Source of the DNA: Bdellovibrionales bacterium
GTDB lineage: Bacteria > Bdellovibrionota > Bdellovibrionia > Bdellovibrionales > JAMPXM01
Direction of reading: 5' to 3'
Length of the DNA stretch: 64,000 nt
NCBI GenBank assembly: GCA_043739185.1
Contig: JAYUEN010000387.1
Coordinates: 15,297 to 79,296, forward strand
A program made the position numbers and the translations under genes. Every line of letters begins with the position of its first letter. Within the stretch, counting starts at the first letter, position 1. Of the stretch, positions 1-9,254 are shown in pieces. The notes under the pieces are model-generated. The model did not search any database. It saw only the letters and a program-made list of their open reading frames with translations, and was not told where the DNA came from.

Positions 1-289
1 CTTGCGAAATTTTATAAATGAGCAAGTTTAAAAAGTTTCGCTCCTTTGGGTTATCTGTATGAATTCCGCGGTTTGAAATTTTCTCAGGCGAGCACGCAAA
101 TCGATCGACAAATCTCTTCACTTTAGCATATTCGTCTGTTGAAATATCCCAGGCTAAATCGTTTCGTCCTTGTGCGCAGATTTTAGCTTGCAAATGTGCG
201 CGTACCAGCCATTCAAGTAAAAATTCTTGAGATACCTCGAATTTGGGGCGAATCCTGTTAAATTTAGAAATATAAGAAAATTCGGACAT
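1..289 (-). CDS. 5' part of a probable type III polyketide synthase / chalcone synthase-like protein (runs off the window start; not in the ORF track)
   Basis: Manual translation from ATG at 289: MSEFSYISKFNRIRPKFEVSQEFLLEWLVRAH...RFACSPEKISNRG..., open to base 1. It resembles N-termini of bacterial type III PKS-like proteins. Catalytic residues lie outside the window. Confidence 0.45.
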   Translation of the reverse strand, partial: MSEFSYISKFNRIRPKFEVSQEFLLEWLVRAHLQAKICAQGRNDLAWDISTDEYAKVKRFVDRFACSPEKISNRGIHTDNPKERNFLNLLIYKISQ

Positions 290-436
290 AGCGTGCCTAA
301 CATCAACCTTAGCCTTGCAGAGGTCAATTTAATACTTTCAGGTCCGCATTATGAGTTGGCTAATGCATTGGTTCTGGCAAAATGACCGCTTATTTAGATG
401 AAGTGCAGCGAATGAGATGCGTGAAATTGAAGAGGA

Positions 437-1144
437 GTGAGAGTGAATAAAGTCGAATTGAAGACAAAAGATCAAACTACGATGACTTGTTATTTTTCTG
501 AACCCAAAACTAAGGTTCAGGCTGGCGTTATCATATTGCAAGAAGCTTTTGGCGTGAATGCTCATATTCAAGAACTAACTCTAAAGTTTGCCAAAGAGGG
601 CTATCTTGCGATTGCGCCAGAACTCTACCATCGAACTGCAGAGTCTGGCTGGACTTGCGATTACAATAATTTTAAAGCTGCTGAAAATCATTTCTCCGCC
701 ATAAATGAAAACGGAATTATTGAGGACGTTGGCGCCTGTTATGATTGGATTCACGAGCGGTATCAAATTCAAGAGATCGCCTCGATAGGTTACTGTATGG
801 GCGGCCGGGCAAGTTTCATCGCTAACTCAAGCGTCCCCTTGAAAGCGGCGATTTCATATTACGGTGGTCGAATCGTTCCTAATTATTTGAGCTTGGCTTC
901 TAGCCAAAGAGCTCCACTTTTATTTTTTTGGGGAGGTCAGGATACGGGGATACCTCAAGAACAAATCCGCAGCCTAACTGAGGCTCTGACGGCATCAAAA
1001 AAGACTTATACCAATATTGTGATTTCAGATGCTGGCCACGGATTCTCAACTGACGACCGGGCGTCTTTTCACCCATTGGCTTCGCAACTTGCTTGGGCCA
1101 CAAGTTTAGAGTTTCTAAAGATCAATTTAGTCACTAAGAATTAA
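437..1144 (+). CDS. Dienelactone hydrolase family protein
   Basis: Nucleophile motif GYCMGG, N-terminal QEAFGVN, and C-terminal Asp/His (GGQD, AGHGF). Confidence 0.9.
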   Translation: MRVNKVELKTKDQTTMTCYFSEPKTKVQAGVIILQEAFGVNAHIQELTLKFAKEGYLAIAPELYHRTAESGWTCDYNNFKAAENHFSAINENGIIEDVGACYDWIHERYQIQEIASIGYCMGGRASFIANSSVPLKAAISYYGGRIVPNYLSLASSQRAPLLFFWGGQDTGIPQEQIRSLTEALTASKKTYTNIVISDAGHGFSTDDRASFHPLASQLAWATSLEFLKINLVTKN

Positions 1145-1161
1145 GGGCCCTAAGCTCAGTA

Positions 1162-2013
1162 TCAATGGCAGACCAAATTTAAAGTTTCAGCGTTCAGCGC
1201 GTTTTCACGCGCGATATTACAAGCCTTTGAGCTCAAGCTTGCCATGACATCCCAGTTTGAAAAAATATTAGAAGCCTTACCCTTTACCACAGCAGCCAAA
1301 TAATCATGATTTTGAAAGCGAATATAAACTGGGCTGCCGCTATCGCCCTCTTCGACACGCGAAGTGGAGCGTGATTCGATCCAGCCACCACCATTATAAG
1401 AAAAACTATTTAAGACTGCTGAACGTTTAAAGTCGGTAGTATTGGTGTCCCAATAATTAATACTTACTATTTGAAATAGGGCTGAACTTAAATTCTGTTT
1501 TACTACCAACCAAATTTTTTGAGGAACTATATTTGCAAAAATAAAATTTGGCTCGAGCTCAAGTTTCTCATTGAGCAAGATGAGCGCAACGTCTTCTCCC
1601 GGTGGAATTTGGACTTTGACCCCTTGGCTTAATATTTTGTTTTGAAGATACTTTGACAAAATAAAGTGAGCCGAGAGGTCCTTCTTAAGATAGGGAACAA
1701 ATCCGATGCGAACCAATTTTCCGTCGATCTTGCGATTCACGTATTTGTAGGCGCCTACTTCAAGGTGTAGTCGATTTTTTGAAAGTGCTAAGCTTTCGGC
1801 AAGGCAATGCGCAGCGGTTATCAATACTTGGTTTGAAAGAAGAGTGGCATTGCAGTAGCCATTCACCTCGTCTCCGTTATCACCCAGTACAATTGCGCTT
1901 ATCAAAACATTATTTTGAAAACTGGGCTCTTCGTTTGCCGTAGAGTTTGTAAGGGCTTTTGCATGGATTGAGAGGAAGATTACTAGGGGAATTAGTTTAA
2001 GCAAGAATCGCAT
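1162..2013 (-). CDS. Secreted trypsin-like (S1) serine protease
   Basis: Signal peptide; CNATLL, TAAHC (His), EDVALI (Asp), GDSGSP (Ser). Confidence 0.9.
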   Translation of the reverse strand: MRFLLKLIPLVIFLSIHAKALTNSTANEEPSFQNNVLISAIVLGDNGDEVNGYCNATLLSNQVLITAAHCLAESLALSKNRLHLEVGAYKYVNRKIDGKLVRIGFVPYLKKDLSAHFILSKYLQNKILSQGVKVQIPPGEDVALILLNEKLELEPNFIFANIVPQKIWLVVKQNLSSALFQIVSINYWDTNTTDFKRSAVLNSFSYNGGGWIESRSTSRVEEGDSGSPVYIRFQNHDYLAAVVKGKASNIFSNWDVMASLSSKACNIARENALNAETLNLVCH

Positions 2014-2031
2014 CTATGACTCCGATATTTG

Positions 2032-2066
2032 AGCCCAGATTAAGCCCAGATTAAGCTCAAGACTTA
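2032..2066. repeat. Short intergenic tandem repeat, 11-bp unit AGCCCAGATTA x2 plus a degenerate third copy
   Basis: agcccagatta at 2032-2042 and 2043-2053, then agctcaagactta. Confidence 0.7.
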
Positions 2067-2125
2067 TCAGCGAGAGGCTTGATTTGCATAGCGAAATTTT
2101 TAGATTGCAGATTTGATGCGCAAGG

Positions 2126-2605
2126 CTACTGAATGGCTAATACTTCGTATTCCAGAATTTTTTTAGCACTTTCAACCACCGCGATATCGCCAATTTTCAG
2201 ACCCAAAAGGGCTTCGCCCAATGGCGCATTTGGAGTGATGATTTGGATCGGCTGTGACTCTATTGTGAGTTGAATTCCGCCGCCCTTGGACATGAGAAAC
2301 ACCCAGCTCCTTTTACCCTCAAATTCAACTTCAATCAGCGCCGTAGATGAGATCGCTTCGGTACTCTTGAAATTCTTGATTTCAATATTTTTAAAAACAA
2401 ACAATAATTCTTCAATTTCGCCTACACGTTTTGCCTGTGCTCCAGCCAAATAGGATGCTTCGAGGGCTCTCGTATCATATTCATTTTCGGGCTTACTTTC
2501 TTCATTGGTTGCGGCATCATAAGTCGCTCGGGCCGCGTCTTGTAGGACCTTAAGGTCAAGCTCGAGCTTTTCACAAATTGCACTTATGATTTTTTGCTTA
2601 TTCAA
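2126..2605 (-). CDS. GreA/GreB-family elongation factor-like protein
   Basis: N-terminal coiled coil with ENEYDTRALEASYLA; C-terminal ITPNAPLGEALLGLKIGD typical of the GreA C-terminal domain. Confidence 0.8.
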   Translation of the reverse strand: MNKQKIISAICEKLELDLKVLQDAARATYDAATNEESKPENEYDTRALEASYLAGAQAKRVGEIEELLFVFKNIEIKNFKSTEAISSTALIEVEFEGKRSWVFLMSKGGGIQLTIESQPIQIITPNAPLGEALLGLKIGDIAVVESAKKILEYEVLAIQ

Positions 2606-2632
2606 GTTGTTTTCTCCTTCAAAGAGTGAAGT

Positions 2633-4090
2633 CTATTTAAACAATAATTGGCAAGAATTAGAAACAATAAATGAAGTCCTCGACCAAGGCATTTTTAATG
2701 GAGTCTTAGGTGCGAATTTGTGCTCCCAAAACTCAAGCATTGCTTTGCCATTTTGCTCCATTATTGCATCAACCGGAATAGGTCCCATATCAACTAAATA
2801 AGCAGTGCCGTCTCGAACCACAATATTGTCAGGAGCAATATCCAGTTTTATCAAACTCAAATTTGCCATCGCCAAAGCTTTGGAATGCAAATCAAGCACG
2901 GACTTCGCAACTCCTGCATCTAAATGGTCATGGGTTTTTATATAAGCCTCAAGGCTTGGTCCCTTAATGTATTCGCTTAATATCCATTGTCCCTCGGGGT
3001 CAAAAGCCAATATCTCAGGGCTATCAATTTGAAATTTCATCTTTGCCCAATGTTGTACGTTGACAATTCTTTTATTGGTTTCGCGACCCTTTTTATTGCG
3101 TGCCATTTTGATCGCAATTTCAACGCCATTTTTTTCAATTACAAATACATCGGCTTCAAGTCCACTGCCTAAATATTTTTTAACCGGAAAAATCTCCTCG
3201 CCGATTTTGACCGTCATTAAATTCTTGTGACGCTTTAATTTGACGACCATTGCCTTTGTATTTTCAAAGAGGCCGATGGATTTCAACATAGAAATTGCCT
3301 TTCGAGAGGTCCAATTTTTCAATCCAGACAAGGGTGTCGCATGATTATTGTCGAGAGTGTCGAGATACAATCCGCGGCCTAAAATGACCTCAATGCTACT
3401 CGGAGCAATTAGTTTTGAAAGTTCGCTCAATTTGAATTGAATTTCTGGTGAAGTTCGATCGGCGAAATATAAGTCAAGATTATGGTGAATATAGCTTCGC
3501 GCTTTTGAGGATGAAATTCCAGCAGGTCCTTCGGGCATAAGGTGCACATTTCGAGCCGCCAAATTTCTTGGGAGATGATAATTTTCGGCATGATCGCGGG
3601 GAACGACCAGAGTCTCATCAGGGTGAATGAGAAAAAGTAAATAAGGAAGCGAACTTTCGGCCACATCTTGGCCAACAACGAGGTCTATTTGTACGTTCGG
3701 ATTGATTTCGCGAATTTTTTTGTAGAAGGCATTAAATGGATTGAATCCCTGAGATAGGGCGGCCCATTCGCCATCGAGAGGATAAGTCAAATTGGGATGC
3801 CGATTTAGTGCGGCGTCGATCAGTTGAACTCTTACCTCAAATGGTTGTGGCTTTTTATGAACGGGGCTACCAGTTGGCAAAATGATCACTAAATCTGCGC
3901 CAGAGGCCTTTAAAGAAATTTCAGCAGTTTCAATATGGCCAAGACTTACGGGATCGTAAGTGCCTGGCATAATAAGAATTTTTTTTGCAGATTTAATTTT
4001 CTCATAATCAAGAGGTACGCCAAAGCTCAATGAACTAAATCCGAGAAAACATACGAGTAGGCTAGCTAAAAAAAATCCGAATGACTTCAT
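2633..4090 (-). CDS. Signal-peptide protein fusing a NadD-like nucleotidyltransferase domain to an atypical protein-kinase-like domain
   Basis: Signal peptide MKSFGFFLASLLVCFLGFSSLSFG. Adenylyltransferase motifs GTYDPVSLGH, PVHK, ISSSKAR. Kinase motifs LGSGLEADVF, IAIK, LDIAPDNIVV, LVDMG. Ends SCQLLFK. Confidence 0.75.
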   Translation of the reverse strand: MKSFGFFLASLLVCFLGFSSLSFGVPLDYEKIKSAKKILIMPGTYDPVSLGHIETAEISLKASGADLVIILPTGSPVHKKPQPFEVRVQLIDAALNRHPNLTYPLDGEWAALSQGFNPFNAFYKKIREINPNVQIDLVVGQDVAESSLPYLLFLIHPDETLVVPRDHAENYHLPRNLAARNVHLMPEGPAGISSSKARSYIHHNLDLYFADRTSPEIQFKLSELSKLIAPSSIEVILGRGLYLDTLDNNHATPLSGLKNWTSRKAISMLKSIGLFENTKAMVVKLKRHKNLMTVKIGEEIFPVKKYLGSGLEADVFVIEKNGVEIAIKMARNKKGRETNKRIVNVQHWAKMKFQIDSPEILAFDPEGQWILSEYIKGPSLEAYIKTHDHLDAGVAKSVLDLHSKALAMANLSLIKLDIAPDNIVVRDGTAYLVDMGPIPVDAIMEQNGKAMLEFWEHKFAPKTPLKMPWSRTSFIVSNSCQLLFK

Positions 4091-4363
4091 ATTAAAATAA
4101 CCTTAATAAAGGGTCCAAGATTAGCTTAAACACATGGGCGCTAAGCTCGCAAATTGCCTATGGGTCTTAAACTAAGCGAATTCGCTGCCAAATCAGGGAC
4201 TTAATCAATTCAAGCTGAGCTGCATTTCATGAAATTTTTATCTTAAGCGAGCCGAAATCGGGCAGGTCTTTTGTCCGGTCCAAAAAGCTAAATCAGTATT
4301 CGGAAATGTTCTCAAAACGCCGAATAGATTCAGCGATCAAAGTGAAAAAATTTTGCTAAATCG

Positions 4364-7300
4364 ATGATTTCAAATCGTATTTTTATAAGGGCGAAAAACA
4401 AACAAATGAGCCAGCCTCAGGATATTAGCCAAAGAAGTATTTCATGGGTTTTGCATTCCCCCATTCGCCTGTTTGGGGTGCTTTTCATTTCAACGAGTTT
4501 GGTATTTGGTTTTAGTTTTGCGTTTGTGTACGATATGATTCACCAATCCGATCGTGAAGTTGCTGAAAAGAATATTTTAAATTCAAGTGCGCTGGTAAAT
4601 AAAGTTGTTGCAGAACACTTTGGCGGATTGATTTCTTATTTAGAGAGCTATGCCAATCGAGAGAAATTCGATGAACATTTGCTCAAAAAAAATTATAAAG
4701 CTGCACAGGAACAACTTCAAAATATGGTGATCAATAATAAAGGCATAGATGTGGCCTTTTTCACTAGTACCACCGGCGAGATTCTACTTCTTTATCCGGA
4801 CGATCCTCAAGTTGTTGGCAAAAATTTTGCTTATCGCCAGTGGTTTCAGGCCGTTTCGAAAAGCGGGCATTCAATTGTTTCAGAGATTTATCGAACCGCC
4901 ACTGGCGCCAAACCAAGTGTCGTCGCCGTTTCGACGCCAGTTAAGAATGCAATGGGTAAAATTGTAGGATATTTATCAAGCTTAAGCCAAACTCAGCAGC
5001 TTGCCAAATGGGCAATGGATCATCGACTCACCGAAAATGGTAGCGTTCTCTTAATTGATCAATCAGGAAACCTCGCGTTCGAAGACGACTCGAAAGGCTA
5101 TGATGCCCTAAAAATGAAAGCTAAGTTTCAAAGTCTTAGTCTTTTTGCAGGCAGGGCATTTTCTTTCGAAGCGCAAGATCCGCTCAGTGCTAAGCCCAGC
5201 CTAATCGGTTCTTCAAAAGTTCCGGGATTAGAATGGAATGTTTTAGTCAGTGAGCCCCTTGATGAAATCTTTGAGCAAGAAAAAATGATTTTGCGAGGGC
5301 TGGTCGTATTCTTCACAATTGTGGCTTTCAGTTTGGTCGCCTGGTGTTTTTATTGGTTGAGTAGCATCCGAAAACTTCAGCAGAAAAGGATGCGAGACCA
5401 CAATGAACTTTTAGTTGCCAAGAAAAAGCTTGAGAACTTAATTTCAAATACAGATGTTGTCTTATTTGCAATTGATAAAAATGGTATCGTAACAAGTGTC
5501 GAAGGAAAAGGCCGCGAAGCAGCTCGTCAAGGAAGCAAGGATGGTTTAGGTAGATCTATATTTGAAATTCTAAAGGGTAACCATGAGCTCTCATCAGCAG
5601 TAAAACGGGCACTTAGTGGTGAAAAGCAAAATATTCGGATCCAACTCAATGGACTTTGGCATGAAGTTTCTTATTCTCCCATTTTTGATTTAGAAAATAA
5701 ACCTAATGGACTAACTGGTATCGCGCTCAATATCGATAAGCAAGTGAGTTCACAAAATCAACTAACGGAGGCACAAGATCGTCTTCAGACTCTTTTAAAA
5801 CACGTCCCCTTTGCGTTTTGGGCCATTGATACCAATCGTAAGTTTGTTTTTCGCAATGGTATTGGAGTCAGTGCAACTGGTTTGACCTCCGCGCAAATGA
5901 TTGATCGCTCAATTGATGAAGTTTATAAAGATCATCCGCATGTCATAGTTGCTATGGATCGTGCCTTGGCCGGCGAATCATTTGTTGAGGTGACTCAGAT
6001 CGGAATACGCTGGTACGAAGTGACCTTTACTTCGATTCGCGACTCAGTTGAAAAAGTTGTCGGAATTTCAGGGATGACAATTGATATTACGGATCGTAAA
6101 CATCATCAAGACGAAAAGGCAGAGTTAGAGATTCGCGCTCGTGCGGCCAATGAAGCCTCTAAATTGAAGTCTGAATTCTTGGCAAATATGAGCCATGAAA
6201 TCAGAACGCCGATCAATGGGGTTATGGGTATGGTCAATTTGTTGCTGGATACCGCTCTCACGAATGAGCAGATTGAATTCGCTAGTACCATCAAATCAAG
6301 TTCAGATTCTCTTCTCAATATTATCAATGATATTTTGGATTTTTCAAAAGTTGAGTCCGGCAAGCTTGAAATTGAGAGCTTGGATTTTGACATCGTAGAA
6401 TTTGGTTTGGATTTAGAGAAACTGTTCAAAATGATGGCCGAGAAAAAGGGCCTTCAGTTTCATTTTCAAGTTGGCAAAATAAAGCATCAAGTGTTTAAGG
6501 GTGACATCGGAAGAATTCGTCAGGTGCTCAACAATTTAGTCGGAAATGCAATAAAGTTTACGAAGGCGGGAAGCGTTAGTGTACAGATTCAATCCTTAGA
6601 GGATAATTCAACAGATTCTCATTTCAAATTTTTAGTTGAAGACACCGGCATCGGAATGTCTAAAACCTACCAAGAAAAAATGTTTCAAGCATTTTCCCAA
6701 GCCGATGCCTCGATTACAAGAAGGTTCGGCGGTACGGGATTGGGGCTTTCAATTTGCAAAAAGTTAGTAGAGCTTATGGGTGGCAAAATTGGCCTTCTCA
6801 GTAAAGAGGGCGAGGGGACAACTTTTTGGTTTGAGCTGAGACTTGAAAAATCTCAAAAAATTCTCGCCCGAGACGAGGAAATTGTATTGGCCGTGGCAAA
6901 ATCCCAAACTAAAAAGTACAGAATATTGGTGGCAGAAGACAATACCACCAATCAAAAGATTGTCGCCGCTCAATTGGCTAAGATGGGCTACCATGCCGAT
7001 CTAGTTGCAAACGGTGAAGAGGCATTGCAGGCTTTACAGCTTTTGCCCTATGATATGGTTTTAATGGATTGCCAAATGCCTGAGATGGATGGCTATGAAG
7101 CCACACAGATAATACGAGCCAATATGGACTCTCAATTTTCTCATATTCCCATTATTGCATTGACTGCAAATGCTTTGGCTGGCGATCGCGAGCGCTGCCT
7201 GACCGCAGGTATGAACGACTATTTATCAAAGCCTTTTTCGACAAAAGATTTGGCAGCTAAGATTAGTCGTTGGTTGCATCAGCCCGTTCAAGTGCCATCA

Positions 7301-7684
7301 TCTTCAGAGGCTACTACGTCCTTGTCGGCTGACTCCTCACTTGATGAAAACTGTTTAAATGAATTGCGTGACCTCGGCGGGGGTACAAATGCCATCATAT
7401 TAGAGATTGGTGAGCTTTTACTCATCAATCTACCAAAGGAAATAGCAGCGTTGAAGTTTGCTCTTCGCGATAAGAATTCAAATGATTTGGCGGCAATTGC
7501 TCATAAAGTGAAGTCAGGCTGCGCTAGCTTTGGCGCGCTTGGTCTTGCGAAATATCTCACCGAGCTCGAAAGCTTTGCCAAAGCTGGTGACCTTAAAGGG
7601 GTTTCCCAAGCGATCAATAAAATTGAACTTGAGTTCGGGCGAGTTGAAAGTGACTTTACCCAAAAGTATAAACTCGCCTCTTAG
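4364..7684 (+). CDS. Hybrid sensor histidine kinase (Cache, 2 PAS, HisKA, HATPase, receiver, Hpt); start may be ATG 4406
   Basis: Two TM segments around a Cache-like domain. H-box FLANMSHEIRTPING, NLVGNAIKFT, DTGIGM, GGTGLGL. Receiver MDCQMP. Hpt AHKVKSG. Confidence 0.95.
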   Translation: MISNRIFIRAKNKQMSQPQDISQRSISWVLHSPIRLFGVLFISTSLVFGFSFAFVYDMIHQSDREVAEKNILNSSALVNKVVAEHFGGLISYLESYANREKFDEHLLKKNYKAAQEQLQNMVINNKGIDVAFFTSTTGEILLLYPDDPQVVGKNFAYRQWFQAVSKSGHSIVSEIYRTATGAKPSVVAVSTPVKNAMGKIVGYLSSLSQTQQLAKWAMDHRLTENGSVLLIDQSGNLAFEDDSKGYDALKMKAKFQSLSLFAGRAFSFEAQDPLSAKPSLIGSSKVPGLEWNVLVSEPLDEIFEQEKMILRGLVVFFTIVAFSLVAWCFYWLSSIRKLQQKRMRDHNELLVAKKKLENLISNTDVVLFAIDKNGIVTSVEGKGREAARQGSKDGLGRSIFEILKGNHELSSAVKRALSGEKQNIRIQLNGLWHEVSYSPIFDLENKPNGLTGIALNIDKQVSSQNQLTEAQDRLQTLLKHVPFAFWAIDTNRKFVFRNGIGVSATGLTSAQMIDRSIDEVYKDHPHVIVAMDRALAGESFVEVTQIGIRWYEVTFTSIRDSVEKVVGISGMTIDITDRKHHQDEKAELEIRARAANEASKLKSEFLANMSHEIRTPINGVMGMVNLLLDTALTNEQIEFASTIKSSSDSLLNIINDILDFSKVESGKLEIESLDFDIVEFGLDLEKLFKMMAEKKGLQFHFQVGKIKHQVFKGDIGRIRQVLNNLVGNAIKFTKAGSVSVQIQSLEDNSTDSHFKFLVEDTGIGMSKTYQEKMFQAFSQADASITRRFGGTGLGLSICKKLVELMGGKIGLLSKEGEGTTFWFELRLEKSQKILARDEEIVLAVAKSQTKKYRILVAEDNTTNQKIVAAQLAKMGYHADLVANGEEALQALQLLPYDMVLMDCQMPEMDGYEATQIIRANMDSQFSHIPIIALTANALAGDRERCLTAGMNDYLSKPFSTKDLAAKISRWLHQPVQVPSSSEATTSLSADSSLDENCLNELRDLGGGTNAIILEIGELLLINLPKEIAALKFALRDKNSNDLAAIAHKVKSGCASFGALGLAKYLTELESFAKAGDLKGVSQAINKIELEFGRVESDFTQKYKLAS

Positions 7685-7735
7685 ACTGCCCCTTAGATGT
7701 TTGACCTCTACTGCAGCTTCGTGATTGACTAGGCT

Positions 7736-8095
7736 ATGAATATCTCACTCAAAGGCTTCATCTTTTTGATAGCAATTTTACATTTTTACTTTTTGTGCCT
7801 TGAGATGTTTTTTTGGACAAAGCCCTTTGGCCAAAAGCAATTTCGAATGACAAAGGAGTATGCAGCTTCAACTGCAAAGCTAGCGGCCAACCAAGGGCTA
7901 TACAATGGATTTTTAGCGGCAGGTCTCATTTGGTCTACGATTTCTTCGAATTCACAATTTTCAAAAGAATTGGGAATGTTTTTTCTAAGTTGTGTGGTGG
8001 TTGCGGGGATATATGGTGGCTACTCGGTCAATCGACGCATATTTTTCATTCAAGCATTGCCCGCCTTAATTGTTCTTTTCATACTTTTGTATTGA
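7736..8095 (+). CDS. DUF1304-family membrane protein
   Basis: Hydrophobic 119 aa with LEMFFW and ANQGLYNGFLAAGL. Confidence 0.85.
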   Translation: MNISLKGFIFLIAILHFYFLCLEMFFWTKPFGQKQFRMTKEYAASTAKLAANQGLYNGFLAAGLIWSTISSNSQFSKELGMFFLSCVVVAGIYGGYSVNRRIFFIQALPALIVLFILLY

Positions 8096-8104
8096 GGTAT
8101 TAAA

Positions 8105-9010
8105 ATGGATCGCAGTATTCAGGTTTGTAATATTTTATCTCGTATCGTAGTCGGAGGGATGTTTCGCTCTGACTATTCGACTAAAAGCTTGCGGCGAAAT
8201 ATGAATCTGATTTCAGCAATTCCGCAAGCAGTACTTAAAAGACGCTCGCCAACAACAGAAATCGAAGCCGTCAACATTGATGGTTTAGAGGCCGAGTTTA
8301 TTTCGACTCAGGCAAATCATGCAGGAATTTTGCTCTATTTGCATGGCGGTGGATACTTTATGGGATCGATTGCAACTCATCGCAGAAGCGCGTGGGAAGT
8401 ATCACATCACTGCAACCTAAAAGTTCTTTTGATTAATTATCGACTGGCACCCGAGCATCCTTATCCCGCAGCTTTAGATGACGCGAAAAAGGCTTACCGG
8501 TTTTTAAAAAATAAATTTCCGCATCTGCCAGTCTCAGTGGGCGGAGATTCGGCTGGTGGCGGCTTGAGTCTCGCTTTAACAATGGCACTTCGAGATGAAG
8601 GCGAGCCGCTGCCTGCGCGCCTATTTGCAGTGTCACCTTGGGCCAATTTAAATGTTGAAGGCGAATCTATCAAGCGTAACCATGCCAATGATTTTTGGCT
8701 GAAAGAAAAGGTACTCAAGCGTTGGGCCTCGTTGTATTTTGCGAAGAACGCGCCCCATCAGCCTTATATCTCGCCTGCGCTCGGAAGTTTTGAAAAATTT
8801 CCTCCGTTCTTAATTTTTTGCGGTGATCAAGAAATTCTGCAAAGTGATTCTGAGCAAGTTTTTGATAAAGCAAAAAAAGCAGGCGTGAATGTAAAATTAC
8901 ATATCGGAAAGAATATGCAGCATGTGTGGTTTCTAGCATTTCCTTTTTTAGCTGAAAGTAAACGTGCCTTTTTAGCTCTTCAAGAATTTTTTGGAAGTTC
9001 AAATGAGTGA
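8105..9010 (+). CDS. Alpha/beta hydrolase, hormone-sensitive lipase (Aes-like) family
   Basis: HGGG oxyanion motif, YRLAPEHPYPAALDD, GDSAGG, C-terminal MQHVW. Confidence 0.92.
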   Translation: MDRSIQVCNILSRIVVGGMFRSDYSTKSLRRNMNLISAIPQAVLKRRSPTTEIEAVNIDGLEAEFISTQANHAGILLYLHGGGYFMGSIATHRRSAWEVSHHCNLKVLLINYRLAPEHPYPAALDDAKKAYRFLKNKFPHLPVSVGGDSAGGGLSLALTMALRDEGEPLPARLFAVSPWANLNVEGESIKRNHANDFWLKEKVLKRWASLYFAKNAPHQPYISPALGSFEKFPPFLIFCGDQEILQSDSEQVFDKAKKAGVNVKLHIGKNMQHVWFLAFPFLAESKRAFLALQEFFGSSNE

Positions 9011-9254
9011 AGAACTTGCAGCTCCCATTGAAGTACCGGTCGAGGCGCTAAGTGATGAGACTTTAACTGCAGTTATTGAGTCCTTTATTTTGCGTGAGGC
9101 AACCGATTACGGTCGGGAAGAGTTATCGCATGAAACGAAGGTCTTAAGGCTTCGAAAGCAATTGGCAAAAGCTGAGATCAAATTAATTTTTGATGCCAAT
9201 ACCGAGTCGATTACATTTATAACCCAAAAAGATTGGGCGAAGCTGAGGCCTTAA
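9003..9254 (+). CDS. YheU/UPF0270-family protein
   Basis: LSDETLTAVIESFILREATDYG motif; ATG 9003 overlaps the upstream stop. Confidence 0.8.
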   Translation: MSEELAAPIEVPVEALSDETLTAVIESFILREATDYGREELSHETKVLRLRKQLAKAEIKLIFDANTESITFITQKDWAKLRP

